A stretch of DNA of 64,000 nt, from positions 20,274,001 through 20,338,000 of the forward strand of contig CM022679.1 of the NCBI GenBank assembly GCA_012295275.1. The letters run 5' to 3'. A program made the position numbers and the translations under genes. This document shows, one piece after another, positions 62,741-64,000 of the stretch (position 1 is its first letter; every line of letters begins with the position of its first letter). This stretch comes from Chrysomallon squamiferum (taxonomy: Eukaryota > Animalia > Mollusca). Under the pieces are notes generated by a model. That model was not told the origin of the DNA and did no database searches. It saw nothing but the letters and a program-made list of their open reading frames with translations.

Positions 62741-64000
62741 GTATTGTAAAATACAGATACTTGATGTAAATAATGAAGATGAAATCAAAATAAAATGTAT
62801 GGCTATCCTGGGCAGAAACACATTTTTCTGGTTTAGGACTGGTTTATTGTGACATAAGCTGGTATACAGACATAGATGCCATTTAGAAACCTACACAGGT
62901 AAATAGGCAACATTATAGAGCAGCAACTGAGAAGCATATGGATCACTGTACTTACATTATGCCATGTTCTCCACACATTGTAACTGCTGAAATGTATAGT
63001 ATATGGCAGGGGTTACACTGCTAAAGGTGTATTATAAATTTTAGGGTTAGTAAACCATTTACTGATTCATTGCTCCAGATTTGTCATTAGTTTTTGTAGT
63101 CACCATTTACAGTGTTTTCCTCTAGGTCACTGTTGTAAATATATTAGAGGTTTAGTCAAAAAAAAAATAATAATAAAAATTTCTTTTAAATATCAATTTA
63201 TATATTTGTAAACCTTTTTGCAATGATTTTGCTTGACTTTTATGACTGATGCCTCTGTTGCTGCAATTACATTTAGTGCTACAGTTTGGTCTGACTTTTA
63301 CTAATATTTGTCACTATTTTTAGTACAATTTAAAAAAAAAAAATAAAAAATAAAAAAATTTAATAGCTGTAGGTTTTAGAAATGAAATTTCTGTCCTTTT
63401 AAAGATGATGTTTCTTCGAACACAACAAATGTTCTAAATAAATAAATAAAAATTTATTTAGGCAGGTATCCAAAAGAATTATAGAACAAATTTCAGATAA
63501 CTGAAAAAATATAGGCAAATATTTAAAATAATTAATTATAAGCCAGGTTGTTAGATGTGTTTTTAGTTAGCTCTGGAATTTTACTGACTTTTAACAGAAT
63601 ATATATTAATTCAGCAACAGACATGTTAACACACAAGTCATTAAGATTCATAGTTTCAAGATACATGCTTTACAAGATACAAGATACATGCTTTACAAAA
63701 GGTCAAGAAAGTATATCACTGGGGCAAACGTAATTGTTTTGTCAGTTCATTTAAAAAGAATTTGAGGGATGTGGCCATTTTTAAAAAATACAAAAACTTA
63801 TTTTACTGCACACAATCGGTTAATCAGTACTGTTGGTAATTTATTAGCAACTGACAAATTAAATGAGTTGACATTTACTTTCATTAACATACATGGTGCA
63901 AGCATTAAAGAGGAGCATTTTGTACACAACTGGATTCAGTTACTGAGAAAATGGGAAACACATCATATATAATAAGTGGAGACTGGAATTTAATCTTAGA

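Noticed and set aside
1-64000. tRNA, rRNA, snRNA genes or prokaryotic systems
   Set aside because: None recognisable by eye; the ACTTACCTG motifs are not followed by a U1 snRNA body.

Overview
AT-rich, microsatellite-rich, intron-containing eukaryotic DNA, probably from an invertebrate (mollusc-like is only an impression). Most ORF-track entries are exon fragments or repeat artefacts. I reconstructed two + strand genes by hand from splice sites with consistent phases. (1) 349-33206 holds the last 48 exons (9770 nt, about 3255 aa, 5' end outside the window) of a giant single-pass receptor of the uninflatable (uif)/SVEP1-like type: sushi, HYR, Cys-rich ephrin-receptor-like repeats, 14 EGF, pentraxin/LamG, TM and a tail ending in NTYL. 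Its third sushi domain appears split by a roughly 1070-aa insert of four related Cys-bridged modules, a TTQRP mucin and a furin site. There is also a candidate alternative last exon (38149-38256) giving a different PDZ-type ending, and its donor can be hidden in an RNA stem. (2) 46662-54220 is a complete 12-exon family I inorganic pyrophosphatase (355 aa). It has a mitochondrial-type presequence and a second ATG, a GC-AG intron, a candidate hairpin-masked poison exon, and an intronic Tigger/pogo element carrying a copy of the gene's own intron 2. Other elements are TA-flanked non-autonomous DNA transposons and minisatellites that often abut splice sites. Homology statements come from recalled family motifs, not from searches.
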